Notes under the pieces: model-generated
What the model saw: the letters and a program-made list of their open reading frames with translations, nothing else
Database searches by the model: none
Told to the model about the DNA's origin: nothing
Made by a program: the position numbers and the translations under genes
DNA from: Desulfobacterales bacterium
GTDB taxonomy: Bacteria > Desulfobacterota > Desulfobacteria > Desulfobacterales > UBA5852
Assembly (NCBI GenBank): GCA_963674755.2
Contig: CAXXVS010000003.1
Coordinates: 672,001 to 736,000, forward strand
Direction: 5' to 3'
Length of the DNA stretch: 64,000 bases
Shown here: positions 46,618-57,363 of the stretch, one piece after another
How the letters are laid out: each line of letters starts with the position of its first letter
Position numbering within the stretch: position 1 is the first letter of the stretch

Positions 46618-48831
46618 ATGCGAAACACCATTGTTGCCATACTGACCGGTTGCATCCTGCTGGTTTTTCTTCCCCCGCATGCGGATGTGCGCGCGGCCTC
46701 CCGGGCCTTCGGCTTCGGCGATCGTGAAATCTATGAATTCAAGGATGACACCTCACAGTTGCAGATTGACGACCTCAATGGGGACGGCTTCGACGATATC
46801 GTTTTCCTGAACAACCACATGTCCCGCATCGAGGTGCTGATCCGCAAACCCGACCGACCGAACGTGGCCGAGGACGGCCTGCCGGCCCTGGCAGACGCCT
46901 TCGGTTCGGCGGGTTTCCTCTTGGATCAGAAAACCGCCCAGCTGGAGGTGCTGGATCTCAACGGCGACCATCGCCCGGACATCCTGACGGCCGGAACCCA
47001 TCGCGGCCTGCGGATCTACCTTCAGGATCCCGCAGGGCGCTTCGGCAATGCCATCTCGCCCGCCGTGAAACAAACCGATCAGCTGATGGGGGTCAGGGCG
47101 GCCGATTTTGACAATGACGGGTATCCCGACATCCTGGTCGGCCGCCGCCGGTATGCCGAAATTCTGTACAACGACGGCCGCGGGCGTTTCCGGCGGCGTC
47201 TGACCATCGACTATACCGCCCCGGAGTGCGAGGGGGTGATGACCGGCGATTTCAACGGCGACGGGCGCCAGGATATCCTGCTGCGCTTTCCCGAAGAACA
47301 GCTTCCCCTGCGCCTGTTCCTGGGGCGTCCGGAGGGCGGCTTCGGCTGGGAGCATCCCCTGGAGACGCCTCCCCTGGGTACGCTGAAGCCGATTGCACTG
47401 GCCGATCAGCCGGCCGATCAGCTCCTGGCGATACTCAAAAATGGCGTGAACATTCACCACTACGAACTGGCCCGGGAGGCGTCCGGTACCCTCTGGGACG
47501 CCTCCGCGCTGGCCGCACTCCGCCTGGTGGCACCCGGCACGGGCGGCAAGATCCCCCTGTCATGGGCCGTTGCGGATTTCAACGGCGACGGCCGCAGGGA
47601 CTACGCCGTCAGCGCGCCCGAACTTTCCCGCATCATGATTTACCCGGGCGGTGATCAGGGCCTGAATCCCGTCCCCCAGGCCGTCAGCACCCTGCACCGC
47701 ATCAAATCCATGGGCGTCGACAACCGTGGCGACCTCTATGTCTTCAGCCCGGAGGAAAACGCGATTGCCTGCCATCCGGCTGGCGCCGCCACGGCCTTCC
47801 CCGGTTTCATCGATCTGGAAGGGACGCCTCTTTTGATGGCGCTTTCCCCATATAATCAGGGGGTTTTCACGATCCTCAAGCGTAAGCCCGATCGCCTGTA
47901 TTTTTGCTGGGCGGACCGCGGCGGCGAGAAGCGCACCGTGCCCCTGAAGATTCCTGCCGACCAGATCCCCGATGCCATGCGCATCTTTCCTGTTTCAAAG
48001 GGCCAGTGGGGCGTCGTATGTTTTTTCCCGTTAAAAAAGCCGCTGATGCATCTATGGAGCGGTCGCAAGCTGACGCCGGTGTCCGAAAAACAGCTACGGG
48101 CCCTGGGCGTCGGCCTGACCCCGGAAGACATCAGCCCGGTCGGCCTGCCGGATGCGCCCGGCGTTATCATCAACGAGGGCCAGGCGGCCAGGCTCTACCG
48201 CTTCAAGGCGGGGCAATTCGAGATCGAACGTCAATTCAGCTTGCCGGATGAAAACGCCGACCTGAAATTCGGCGTCATGGCCCAGGGACCCGCCGCCGCG
48301 CCGGGCTATCTGTTTTTCAACAAGCACGGCAACGAGCTCTGCTGGTTTTCCCAAGACGAGACGCAGCCTACGTTGTCCGTGGCGCTGGCCGACGACTTCC
48401 CGGAGATGGCCGGCATCGTGCCCCTGAATGAAGAAAAGGAAGAGGGCTTTTTACTGCCCGGCCGGACCGAGACCCGCTGGGTGCAGGCGGATGCGGCCCC
48501 TTACCGTCTCAAGACCATCAGCGGCTACACCAGCCGTGCGGAAAATCCCAAACTCTGGAATCTCTACCCCCTGACCCTCGGCAACCCACCCCGGCCCATG
48601 GCCGCCGCCCTGGACGCCAAAAACGCCTCGATGGAACTGATGTCGTTCCGGGAGGGGGCTCTGACGGAAGAACTCAGTTTCAAAGTCTTCCAGGGGCCGC
48701 AATTCAACCGGGATGAAAAGGGCTGGTACTACGAACCCCGGGAAGTGGCCTCCGGCGATTTGAACGCCGACGGCCTGATGGACCTGGCCATCCTGGTCCA
48801 CGACAAGCTGGTGATTCATCTGGGGGAATGA
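46618..48831 (+). CDS. Secreted FG-GAP/VCBS repeat beta-propeller protein
   Basis: Signal peptide; six D-[LF]-[ND]-x-D-[GH]-x-x-D repeats. Confidence 0.88.
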   Translation: MRNTIVAILTGCILLVFLPPHADVRAASRAFGFGDREIYEFKDDTSQLQIDDLNGDGFDDIVFLNNHMSRIEVLIRKPDRPNVAEDGLPALADAFGSAGFLLDQKTAQLEVLDLNGDHRPDILTAGTHRGLRIYLQDPAGRFGNAISPAVKQTDQLMGVRAADFDNDGYPDILVGRRRYAEILYNDGRGRFRRRLTIDYTAPECEGVMTGDFNGDGRQDILLRFPEEQLPLRLFLGRPEGGFGWEHPLETPPLGTLKPIALADQPADQLLAILKNGVNIHHYELAREASGTLWDASALAALRLVAPGTGGKIPLSWAVADFNGDGRRDYAVSAPELSRIMIYPGGDQGLNPVPQAVSTLHRIKSMGVDNRGDLYVFSPEENAIACHPAGAATAFPGFIDLEGTPLLMALSPYNQGVFTILKRKPDRLYFCWADRGGEKRTVPLKIPADQIPDAMRIFPVSKGQWGVVCFFPLKKPLMHLWSGRKLTPVSEKQLRALGVGLTPEDISPVGLPDAPGVIINEGQAARLYRFKAGQFEIERQFSLPDENADLKFGVMAQGPAAAPGYLFFNKHGNELCWFSQDETQPTLSVALADDFPEMAGIVPLNEEKEEGFLLPGRTETRWVQADAAPYRLKTISGYTSRAENPKLWNLYPLTLGNPPRPMAAALDAKNASMELMSFREGALTEELSFKVFQGPQFNRDEKGWYYEPREVASGDLNADGLMDLAILVHDKLVIHLGE

Positions 48832-49049
48832 AAGGCGTCTTCTTGCGAAGCGAATTCGCTATCGGTAGCGACGACATTAACCCACCCCCCGAATTTCTCC
48901 CATTTACGGCGGCAAGCGATCCTCTTTTTCTCCTTCGCTTGCCGCCGTTTGTCTTGTTCGGTTTCCATACAGACTGAATCAATATGTTCATAGGATAAAG
49001 TGCCCCAAGGGTAGAAATTCTCGTAAAATTTGGATTTTTGCGGGGATTT

Positions 49050-50153
49050 CTATTCCATGCGCCGCTTGAACAGCCACGCCGCAGCCGTCAGGGTCACCAT
49101 GGCGATGATCACCATGGGCAGGGTGTTGGAAAGCACATCGGCCAGGGGCATGTCCTTGAGGAAGACGCCCCGTACGATGATCAAAAACCAGCGCAGGGGA
49201 TTGATCAGGGTGAATTCCTGCAGCCAGGGAGGCATGTTTTCGATGGGGGTGGCGAAGCCGGACAGGATGATGGCCGGCGGCATGAAGACGAAGGCCCCCA
49301 GGATGGCCTGCTGCTGGGTCATGCAAAGGCTGCTGATGAAAAGACCGATGCCCACGATGGCGAACAGGAAAACCACCAGGGCGCCATAGAGCAGGAGCAG
49401 GGAGCCCTGGAAGGGAATCCGGAAGACGAAGATGGCGATGGCCAGCAGCAGCGAGGCCGAGCACAAAGCCAGGAAGTGGGCCGGCAGGGCCTTGCCCACC
49501 AAAATCTCGGTGGGCTGCAGGGGCGAGACCAGGAGCTGCTCGAAGGTGCCCATCTCGCGCTCCCGGGCCACGGACAGGGCGGTGAGGGTGAGACTGATCA
49601 CCGTGGCGAGGATGCAGATCAGGCTGGGCACGGTATACCACAGAAATTCCAGGTTGGGGTTGAACCAGTTGCGCGTCTCCAGGACGACCGGTTGCGGGGG
49701 TGATCCAGGGCCGCGCTCGGTCAGGTAACTTGCCAGGATGCGCTGGGCATAGCCCCGCACGATCTGGGCCGTGTTGGTCTTGCGGCCGTCCAGGAGCAGT
49801 TGCACCGCGGTGGGCCGGCCGTCGGCCAGGCGCCGGGAAAAGTCCACCGGCACGACGAGGACGGCCAGCACTTCCTGGCGGTCCAGGAGCGGCTTGATCT
49901 GGGCCTGGCCGGTCAGGGGAACGATCCGGGAGAAAGTTTGCGCTTCGTCGAAACGCTGTACCAGCTCCAGGCCCGCCTTGCCGCTGTCGAGATTCAACAC
50001 CCCCAGATGGATGTTTTTGGCCTCCATGGTCATGGCGAAGGAAAAGACGAAGATCTGGATGACAGGCGGCACCATCAGCACGGTGCGCGATTTGGGGTCC
50101 CGCAGGATATTGAGCAGTTCCTTGATGATCAGGGCTCTGAGGCGCGCCAGCAT
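49050..50153 (-). CDS. ybhR: ABC-2 permease
   Basis: LIIKEL..LRDPKSR, WFNPNL, SVAREREMGTFEQLLVSPL. Confidence 0.9.
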   Translation of the reverse strand: MLARLRALIIKELLNILRDPKSRTVLMVPPVIQIFVFSFAMTMEAKNIHLGVLNLDSGKAGLELVQRFDEAQTFSRIVPLTGQAQIKPLLDRQEVLAVLVVPVDFSRRLADGRPTAVQLLLDGRKTNTAQIVRGYAQRILASYLTERGPGSPPQPVVLETRNWFNPNLEFLWYTVPSLICILATVISLTLTALSVAREREMGTFEQLLVSPLQPTEILVGKALPAHFLALCSASLLLAIAIFVFRIPFQGSLLLLYGALVVFLFAIVGIGLFISSLCMTQQQAILGAFVFMPPAIILSGFATPIENMPPWLQEFTLINPLRWFLIIVRGVFLKDMPLADVLSNTLPMVIIAMVTLTAAAWLFKRRME

Positions 50154-50161
50154 GGGGATCG

Positions 50162-51310
50162 CTACTCCAACCGTTTGGGGGTTTTTTTAAGGGTCAGGGC
50201 AAAGAGCAGGCCGCCCAGCAGCAGAAGCACCAGGATGTTGGTCCGCATCAGGGCCCAGATGTCGCCGGCTAGAAACAGGGCCCGCAGATTGGTGACAAAG
50301 TAGCGGGCCGGGATGATCTGCGCCAGCCGCCGGATGATCCAGGGCATGGAGGCGATTTCGAAGACGAACCCCGAGAGGATGAAGGCCGGCAGAAAGGCGG
50401 TTACCAGGGCGGCCTGGGAGGCCACGAACTGGTTGCGGGTGATGGTGGAAATCAGAAATCCCTGGCCGAGGGCCGCCAGGAGGAAGGCCGCCGAGGCCAG
50501 GGCCAGGGCCAACACGGAGCCCCGGAAGGGGATCCCGAAGAGGAAAATGGCCACGGCCGTGCAGATCGCCATGGAGGCCATGCCGAGTACAAAATAGGGC
50601 ACGAGCTTGCCGAAGATGATTTCCGGGGCGCTCAGGGGTGTGGCCAGCAGCGCTTCCATGGTGCCCCGCTCCCACTCCCGGGCCACCACCAGGGCGGTGA
50701 GCAGGGTGCCGATGATGGCCATGATGATGGCCAGCGAGCCGGGAACCAGGGAGTTGCGGCTGTCGAGCTCGGCATTGTAGAAGAAGCGCGCCGCCAGATC
50801 CACGGCGGGCGTGGAAACCTGCCCGGCCTGCCGCCTTTCCTGAATCAGCCAGTCGGCCAGGGTCCCTTCCGCATAGTTGGCCACATAGTTGGCCGTGTTG
50901 GTTTCGCTGCCGTCGGTGATCACCTGGATCCGGGCGGTGGCGCCCGGGGTCTGGAGGGCGCGGGAGAAATCCTGGGGGATGACCACCAGGCCGCGCAGGC
51001 GGCCGCTGACCACCTCGGCCTCCAGCGTGTGCCGGTCGAGGGCGATCCGGGTATTGAAAAAGGGGGTGGCCTGGTAGGCGGCCGCCAGGCGGCGCGCCTG
51101 CGGAGCGGTATCTTCCAGGACGACGCCCAGGCCCACCTGGCGGGCATCCAGGGAGACTCCGTAGCCGAAGAGAAAGAGCAGGATCAGCGGCAGGACGAAG
51201 GCGATCATGATGCTGCTCGGGTCGCGCACGATCTGAAGGCTTTCCTTGATGATCAGGGCTTTCACCCGCCGGGCGCGGCCGGCACGGAAATGAGGATGCG
51301 TGGGCTTCAT
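50162..51310 (-). CDS. ybhS: ABC-2 permease
   Basis: KESLQIVRDPSS, VAREWERGTMEALL; ATGA overlap at 51307-51310. Confidence 0.9.
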   Translation of the reverse strand: MKPTHPHFRAGRARRVKALIIKESLQIVRDPSSIMIAFVLPLILLFLFGYGVSLDARQVGLGVVLEDTAPQARRLAAAYQATPFFNTRIALDRHTLEAEVVSGRLRGLVVIPQDFSRALQTPGATARIQVITDGSETNTANYVANYAEGTLADWLIQERRQAGQVSTPAVDLAARFFYNAELDSRNSLVPGSLAIIMAIIGTLLTALVVAREWERGTMEALLATPLSAPEIIFGKLVPYFVLGMASMAICTAVAIFLFGIPFRGSVLALALASAAFLLAALGQGFLISTITRNQFVASQAALVTAFLPAFILSGFVFEIASMPWIIRRLAQIIPARYFVTNLRALFLAGDIWALMRTNILVLLLLGGLLFALTLKKTPKRLE

Positions 51311-53034
51311 GACAGGCCGTTCTCCCGGTCTTCCGAGTGTTCGATCAAAGCGATGAAAGCGTCTTCCAGGGTGGGGTCGGGTTTCTCCAGGGTGCGGGCT
51401 TCCGCCTTCAGGTGGTCCGGCGAGCCTTCGGCAATCTTGCGGCCCCGGTAGATCAGTCCGATCCGGTCGCAGTATTCGGCTTCGTCCATGAAATGGGTGG
51501 TGACCAGCACGGTCACCCCTTTTTCCACCAATCCGTTGATGTGGTTCCAGAACTCCCGCCGGGTGATGGGGTCCACCCCCGAGGTGGGCTCGTCCAGGAA
51601 AAGGACGTCCGGGCGGTGGATGACGGCGCAGGCCAGGGCCAGACGCTGCTTGAAGCCCAGGGGAAGCTCGGCGGCGGAGTGTCCCAGAAAGGGGTGCAGG
51701 TCGAACGCCGCCACCATGGCGTTGACGGCTTTTTTCTGGTCTGCGCCCCGCAGGCCATACACCCCGGAGAAGAACAGCAGGTTCTGCCATACCGTGAGAT
51801 CACCGTAGAGGGAGAACTTCTGGGCCATATAGCCCAGACGGGAACGGGCCTTGGAAGCGGCCTTGCCCAGGTGCAGCCCGACCACGAACCCTTCGCCGGC
51901 GGTGGGTTTGAGCAACCCGCACATCATCTTGAAGGTGGTGCTCTTGCCGGCCCCGTTGGGTCCCAGCAGACCGAAGATTTCCCCCCGGCGAATGGCGAAA
52001 CTGTTGTCCTCCACCGCCGTAAACGATCCGAAGCGCTTGGTCAGGCCCCGGGCTTCCACGACGGGTCCGTCGCTGTCCGGGCGGACGGGCATTTCCTGGG
52101 CCAGGGCCGAGCCGCCGCCGGGGCCGCCGCCCAGCAGATCGATAAAGGCGTCTTCGAAGCGCGGCGCCACCGGCACCACCTGTGCTCCGGTCCCGCCGCC
52201 CAGCGCTTCGGGGGTCGGCCGGGGGGCGGATTCCGCCAACAGCAGCCGCAAGGCGGCGCCCTGCACCACGCCGTCGCGGATTTCAGGGCGTTCCAGAATT
52301 TTGGCCAGCACCTGGCGCCGGTGGTCTTCGGGTATGCCCCGCAGCTGAAAGACGCGCCCTTCCACCTGGCTGGTCAATTGGTCGGGCCGTCCGGCGAACA
52401 GCAGACGGCCTTTGTTGAGCAGGAGCACGTGATCGCATTGTTCGGCCTCGTCCAGATAGGCCGTGCTCCACACGATGGTGATGTCTTCGTCCAGCATTTC
52501 ACGGACCATCCGCCACAGCTCCCGGCGGCTTAAAGGATCCACACCCACGCTGGGTTCGTCCAGCAGGAGCAGGCGGGGTTTTTTCATCAGGGCGCAGGCC
52601 AGGCCGAGTTTCTGCTTCATGCCGCCGGAAAGCTGCCGCGCCAGCCGTTTCTGGAAGGGAGCCAGGCCGGTGAAGGACAGCAGCCGTTCGAAGGTGGCCT
52701 GTCGTTCCGCACGGCGGATATGGCGTAGATCGGCATAGAGCCTCAGGTTTTCGATCACCGAGAGGTCCTCATAGAGACCGAAACGCTGGGGCATGTAGCC
52801 CATGACGGCGTGCAGGGCCTGGCCGTCCCGCACCGAATCCAGTTCGTCGTAGCTCACATGGCCCTCGGTGGGCACCAGAAGGCCGCCCATGAGACGCAGG
52901 AGGGTCGTCTTGCCGGCGCCGTCCGGTCCCACCAAACCGGTCAGGCGTCCCGGATGCAGCCGGGCCTCGATGGCATCCAGGGCCGGCCGGGACATGCCCG
53001 CAAACTGCTTGGTCATGGATGAGATGGTCAGCAT
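51307..53034 (-). CDS. ybhF: ABC transporter ATP-binding protein, duplicated NBD
   Basis: GPDGAGKTT, LSGGMKQKL, GPNGAGKST, LPLGFKQRL. Confidence 0.92.
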   Translation of the reverse strand: MLTISSMTKQFAGMSRPALDAIEARLHPGRLTGLVGPDGAGKTTLLRLMGGLLVPTEGHVSYDELDSVRDGQALHAVMGYMPQRFGLYEDLSVIENLRLYADLRHIRRAERQATFERLLSFTGLAPFQKRLARQLSGGMKQKLGLACALMKKPRLLLLDEPSVGVDPLSRRELWRMVREMLDEDITIVWSTAYLDEAEQCDHVLLLNKGRLLFAGRPDQLTSQVEGRVFQLRGIPEDHRRQVLAKILERPEIRDGVVQGAALRLLLAESAPRPTPEALGGGTGAQVVPVAPRFEDAFIDLLGGGPGGGSALAQEMPVRPDSDGPVVEARGLTKRFGSFTAVEDNSFAIRRGEIFGLLGPNGAGKSTTFKMMCGLLKPTAGEGFVVGLHLGKAASKARSRLGYMAQKFSLYGDLTVWQNLLFFSGVYGLRGADQKKAVNAMVAAFDLHPFLGHSAAELPLGFKQRLALACAVIHRPDVLFLDEPTSGVDPITRREFWNHINGLVEKGVTVLVTTHFMDEAEYCDRIGLIYRGRKIAEGSPDHLKAEARTLEKPDPTLEDAFIALIEHSEDRENGLS

Positions 53035-53304
53035 GCGGTGCGACTTTCTTTAAAACGGCCGTTTGTTTTCAAGGCTGAATTCGCCTTGCGTAACCATCCG
53101 GCGTGGTGAAAGGGCCGGGGGTTCAAGGATCCACGGTACCAATCGATTTCCCGATTCTGGGTGTAATTACATCAATTGGTTACTTCATTTGGGTTATTGT
53201 CTTTTAGACCCCGATTTCGATTTTCAAACAAAAAAACTTAAAAAAGGGGCGGCGTAGGGGGGTGAAATTCGGGAGTTTGCGCCGTTCACGCGACCCCTTG
53301 GACC

Positions 53305-54339
53305 CTATCCGCTTGTCCCACCCTGGCCCCGTTCGGGCGGCGGGTTTTGGGTTTCCAGCTCCACAGTGACCGGCATGCCCTGGCGCAGGCCTTCATCCGG
53401 GTTTTCGGTCACCACCCGCAGACGGAAGACCAGGTCGGTGCGCAGGCGGGGGGTTTCCACATTCTTGGGGGTGAATTCGGCTTCCGGTGAGATAAACCCC
53501 ACATGCCCCCGGTAGGGATGGCCCGGGCGGCTGTCGGTATAAATCCGGGCCGGCATCCCCGGCCAGATTTTTCCCAGTTGCGGCTCGGGCACATAGGCCC
53601 GGATCCAGACCGGATTGTTCAGCGACAAGGTCGCCACGGTCTGGCCGGCCGCGACGATGGCTCCCTGTTCCACCACCCGGGTCAGGAGCACCCCGTCGGC
53701 CGGAGCGATGATCGCGGTGTCCCCCAGGCGGATACGGGCCTGTTCCAGGCGGGCCTCGGCCTCGGCCAGTTGGGAGCGCCCGGCGGCGATATCTTCTTTC
53801 CGAAAGCCCTCCAGGGCCAGGGCCAGGGCCGCGCGGGAACTGGCCAGCCGGGCCCGGGCGGCGTCGCGGCCGGCCTGGATGTCATCGAAGGCCTGTCGGG
53901 AGATGGCATTGACCTTCACCAGGGCACGGTTGCGCTGAAATTGTTCTTCTAGGGCCTTCAGGGAGGCTTCGGCTTCTGAGACCTGGGCCCGGGCCTGGCG
54001 GATCTCCTGGGGGCGGGTGCCGTTCAGCAGGCGGGTCAGTTCGGCATCGGCCCGGTCCCGGGCGGCTTGGGCCAGGGCCACTTCGTTTTCATAGGGTACG
54101 CGGTCCAGCAGGGCCATCTGCTCACCCTGGCGAACGGCATCCCCCTCTTCGAAGAAAAGCGTTGCCAGGCGTCCGGCCACCCGGAAGCCCAGGTCCACCT
54201 TGCGGATGTCCACATTGCCGTAAAGCGTGAATTCCGTTCCGTTTGCGGCCGCCTGGTCGCGCTGCCAGGTGCGGTAGCCGTAAACGCCGCCTGCAATAGC
54301 CGCAGCAAGCACCACGAGTATGATGATTTTTTTCTTCAT
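53305..54339 (-). CDS. ybhG: HlyD-family adaptor
   Basis: LYGNVDIR.V.LGFRV.G, AEFTPKNVET..LRTDLVFRLR. Confidence 0.9.
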   Translation of the reverse strand: MKKKIIILVVLAAAIAGGVYGYRTWQRDQAAANGTEFTLYGNVDIRKVDLGFRVAGRLATLFFEEGDAVRQGEQMALLDRVPYENEVALAQAARDRADAELTRLLNGTRPQEIRQARAQVSEAEASLKALEEQFQRNRALVKVNAISRQAFDDIQAGRDAARARLASSRAALALALEGFRKEDIAAGRSQLAEAEARLEQARIRLGDTAIIAPADGVLLTRVVEQGAIVAAGQTVATLSLNNPVWIRAYVPEPQLGKIWPGMPARIYTDSRPGHPYRGHVGFISPEAEFTPKNVETPRLRTDLVFRLRVVTENPDEGLRQGMPVTVELETQNPPPERGQGGTSG

Positions 54340-54356
54340 GCGGATCGATCCTTTGA

Positions 54357-55019
54357 TCAGGTTTTCCGGGCGGCCATGAAGTCGAGGGCTGCCATGGCGC
54401 GCGAGAAGACGGTTTGCTGGATTTCAGCGATTTCCTGGGCCGTATAGCCTTCCATGCCGACCCGGCGCATGACGGTGGCCCGGCCGGCGCGCCAAACCAT
54501 GACCTGGCCGATGAAGAGCACGGCTTGCAGGCTGCACTGCCGTTCGTCGGTCTCTCCGGTGATGGCGGCGATCAAAATGGCGAAAGCGTTGAGAATGCGT
54601 TCCATTACCCGTGGGTAGATCACGTCAAAAGCCGCCGAGGGCGCCATCTGTTCCCGCAGGATGATCTGGGAATACGGCATGGTGCCGGGGTCGCCGCACA
54701 TCACGGTCACTATGGTGGAAAGTCCATTTCGCAGCAGGTCGCGTGCTGTTTCGGCATCCAGACTTGTTTCCGCCAAATCCTGGATTTTGGTCAGAAACGG
54801 ATCGAGCCGGGTGCCGAGAACATCAGCGATATGCTCGACTGCGGCCAGATAAAGCCCCTCCTTGTTGCGGAAGTAATAGGGGATGGCCGAGAGGTTGACC
54901 CGGGCCTTGTCCGCCAGCATGCGGGTGGTAGTGGCATTGAACCCGTTGGCCGCGAAAATGTCGATTGCCGCCTGAATCAGGCGCTCCCGGGCATCCGGTT
55001 TGGTGTCAGATTCGGTCAT
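54357..55019 (-). CDS. cecR: TetR-family regulator, CecR/YbiH-like
   Basis: TetR HTH (AIPYYFRNKEGLY), LREQMAPSAAF; heads a ybhGFSR-like operon. Confidence 0.85.
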   Translation of the reverse strand: MTESDTKPDARERLIQAAIDIFAANGFNATTTRMLADKARVNLSAIPYYFRNKEGLYLAAVEHIADVLGTRLDPFLTKIQDLAETSLDAETARDLLRNGLSTIVTVMCGDPGTMPYSQIILREQMAPSAAFDVIYPRVMERILNAFAILIAAITGETDERQCSLQAVLFIGQVMVWRAGRATVMRRVGMEGYTAQEIAEIQQTVFSRAMAALDFMAARKT

Positions 55020-55051
55020 GGTGGGCTGTCCTTTCGGATGAAGTCCGCCAG

Positions 55052-55090
55052 ATAATAATTCATACGTTTGATTAAGTCAAACGTATGAAT
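55052..55090 (-). promoter_or_regulatory. Sigma70 promoter overlapped by perfect 14-bp inverted repeat (TetR operator)
   Basis: Minus strand TTGACT-N17-TATTAT; ATTCATACGTTTGA-N5-TCAAACGTATGAAT at 55058-55090. Confidence 0.85.
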
Positions 55091-55849
55091 AAAATATTGA
55101 CGATATTCGGCATTCCCCGGTTATACACAACCCGATTCACCGGCTTCAAAGCCTGTGATTCATCCCTCCCCATGTGCCGGGCAAATCACAAACATTCTGG
55201 TTTTAATATGGGGTATGGCCCCTATTCGGTTGCCCACCGGCAAGGATGTGCGTGGTCATGTCCTGTACCCGAGCATTCTCCTATAGGAGCGTCGGACAGG
55301 GTGCCTATCAGGCGCATATGGTATGAGTTCCGGGTCCGACCTCCAAGTGCTCATGGTCGCAAAGGTTGATCGCCCCTGTCATAAAGGATTCCTGTTCGCC
55401 GAAAACGCTTTAAGTGTAAGCTCAAAAGTGCTATGGGCAGCGTGATGCATGCTGCGGTCGAAGCACTGTTGATCTAAGGGAAAAGTACTTCTGCCTCCAT
55501 TCGTCAGCTTCAAAGCCGGTGATTCGTCCTTTTGCCATCCCCAAGTGCTGGGACAACTCACAGACCCATTGTTTTCGAAAATTTATGGTTACACCCGTTG
55601 CGGACAAGCCACGCCGGTGTTGTGTTGCCGATGGCCTTTGTTGCTCGGCGCATTGCGGAGAACTTTCGTGGCACCCATGGCATGGAGGTGCCGGGTCACA
55701 ACCGCATTGGCGAAAGGCGACAACAATGGATGGAAGCTAGTATGGCGGCGGCTCTTCTGTTGTCCAGCGAGTTGTCGCACGAATAGGAATATATGCGGTT
55801 TAGCAAAGGATGTATGGGAGAAACCAGACATCAGAAAGAGGAGGGGAAT

Positions 55850-57108
55850 GTGTTGAAAGCGCTTATGATTCGGGTGAATGTGATTGCTCTTGTTGTCATT
55901 GTGTCTCTATTATTCGGTGCCGGTCCCGGAGAAGCGTCGGAAGTCAGCAATGCGGAAATCCTGAAGCGGCTGGAAGCGATGGGGCAGCGAATTCAGGCGA
56001 TGGACGCCGAGATCAAAACCCTCAAACAGGAAAACAAGGAACTCAAGGCCGAGCTCAAACAGGTTAGCCCGGGCCAGGCTGAGCGCCAACCGGTTGTGGC
56101 GGCCACCGGGGCGGAAGGACCTCCGGTGAACATGACACCTCTGATCGCGGATAAGCCATTCGAGGGGGGCCTTCAGGTAGATGCTGAACTTCTTCAGCTC
56201 ACGGTGGATCAGGATTCCGTAGCCTACGCCGGCTATCTATCCGGCTATACAGCACTACGGCCTCAATCGATGCCGGCCAGAATACGGAGTTTGACGAGAA
56301 TACCGCCTGGCGCTTCGGCCTGTCCTACATTGGGCCCACCGGTTGGGACGGAGGCCTGAAATATATGCACTTCAATACCTCGGGGGACAGTTCCCTCGGG
56401 GAGAGAGGCGTGGACAACGACAATGTATGGGTGAACCATCTGGATCGCTCCCTGGCGGACGTCGTCCTAAACAACACCTTTGACGACGGGGTGGCCGATT
56501 ATGCGTCTCAGGATCTTAAAATCGGTTTTGATGTATGGGACGCTGAGCTGGGACATACCTTCCGCACGAGTGACCACACGGCCCTGCGCCTTTTCGGCGG
56601 CCTCCGCCATGTCGACCTGAACAACGACTCTACGATTCAGTACGAAAACTGGGAAAGCGCCCTTCATCAAGTGGCCGTTATCGAGGACCGTCTGGACGTG
56701 GAAGGGTATGGCGCCCGCATCGGCGGTTCCGTTATGTGGGATATTTACGATACCGGTCTCAGCGTCAATTTCGGCTCGGCGCTCTCTCTTGTGTATGCCG
56801 ATTTTGATCTTTCCCGCAGCGACAACTACCAGTCGAGTGCTTCCACAGGCACTACCACAGGCACGCGCAGCATAACTTCGGATACGGAATCCCTGCTGCC
56901 CATCGTCGATATCAATCTCGGCCTGAAATACCGGTACCAATCGTTTTTCGTTGAAGGCGGCTACCTCCTTTCCTACTGGTTCAACGGCGATCGGCAGTAT
57001 CAGGTTGTGGGTCATGACGATGTCGATGACACGACGAGCCCCTACGGTTACGAAAAATCGGACATTAGCTTTCACGGATGGACCCTGAAGGCGGGGGTTG
57101 TATTTTAA
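55850..57108 (+). pseudogene. Outer-membrane beta-barrel porin (Lpg1974/MOMP-like) with N-terminal coiled coil, split by a 1-nt frameshift
   Basis: GAGGAGG + GTG, signal peptide, coiled coil; alternate frame reads STTASIDAGQNTEFDENTAWRFGLSY..GLKY into ORF 56365; terminal beta-signal LKAGVVF. Confidence 0.75.
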
Positions 57109-57363
57109 TATAACAGAAGATAACAACCAAGGCCGATACGCCTGACCATTCAAAGTCTGCTAAGCGTTTGTGCGTTCAAAGACGATACCGATAGGTTAGA
57201 CGCCGTTTTGAAAAGGGGACAGCGGAGCGAGGCACCCGGCTGCTTGTCGCGCTCTGCTGCCCCTGAGCCGTTTTGACGAGCGATAGGAATACGCCGCGCG
57301 GCAGAGGAGGCCGCCGTCGTCTTTTCTTCTGGTGTGCCGCTTCAACAGAAAGGAGCCATTCCA

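Noticed and set aside
55100..55850. Riboswitch or ncRNA in the long intergenic region
   Set aside because: No recognisable c-di-GMP, cobalamin, TPP or SAM consensus by eye; an Rfam search would be needed
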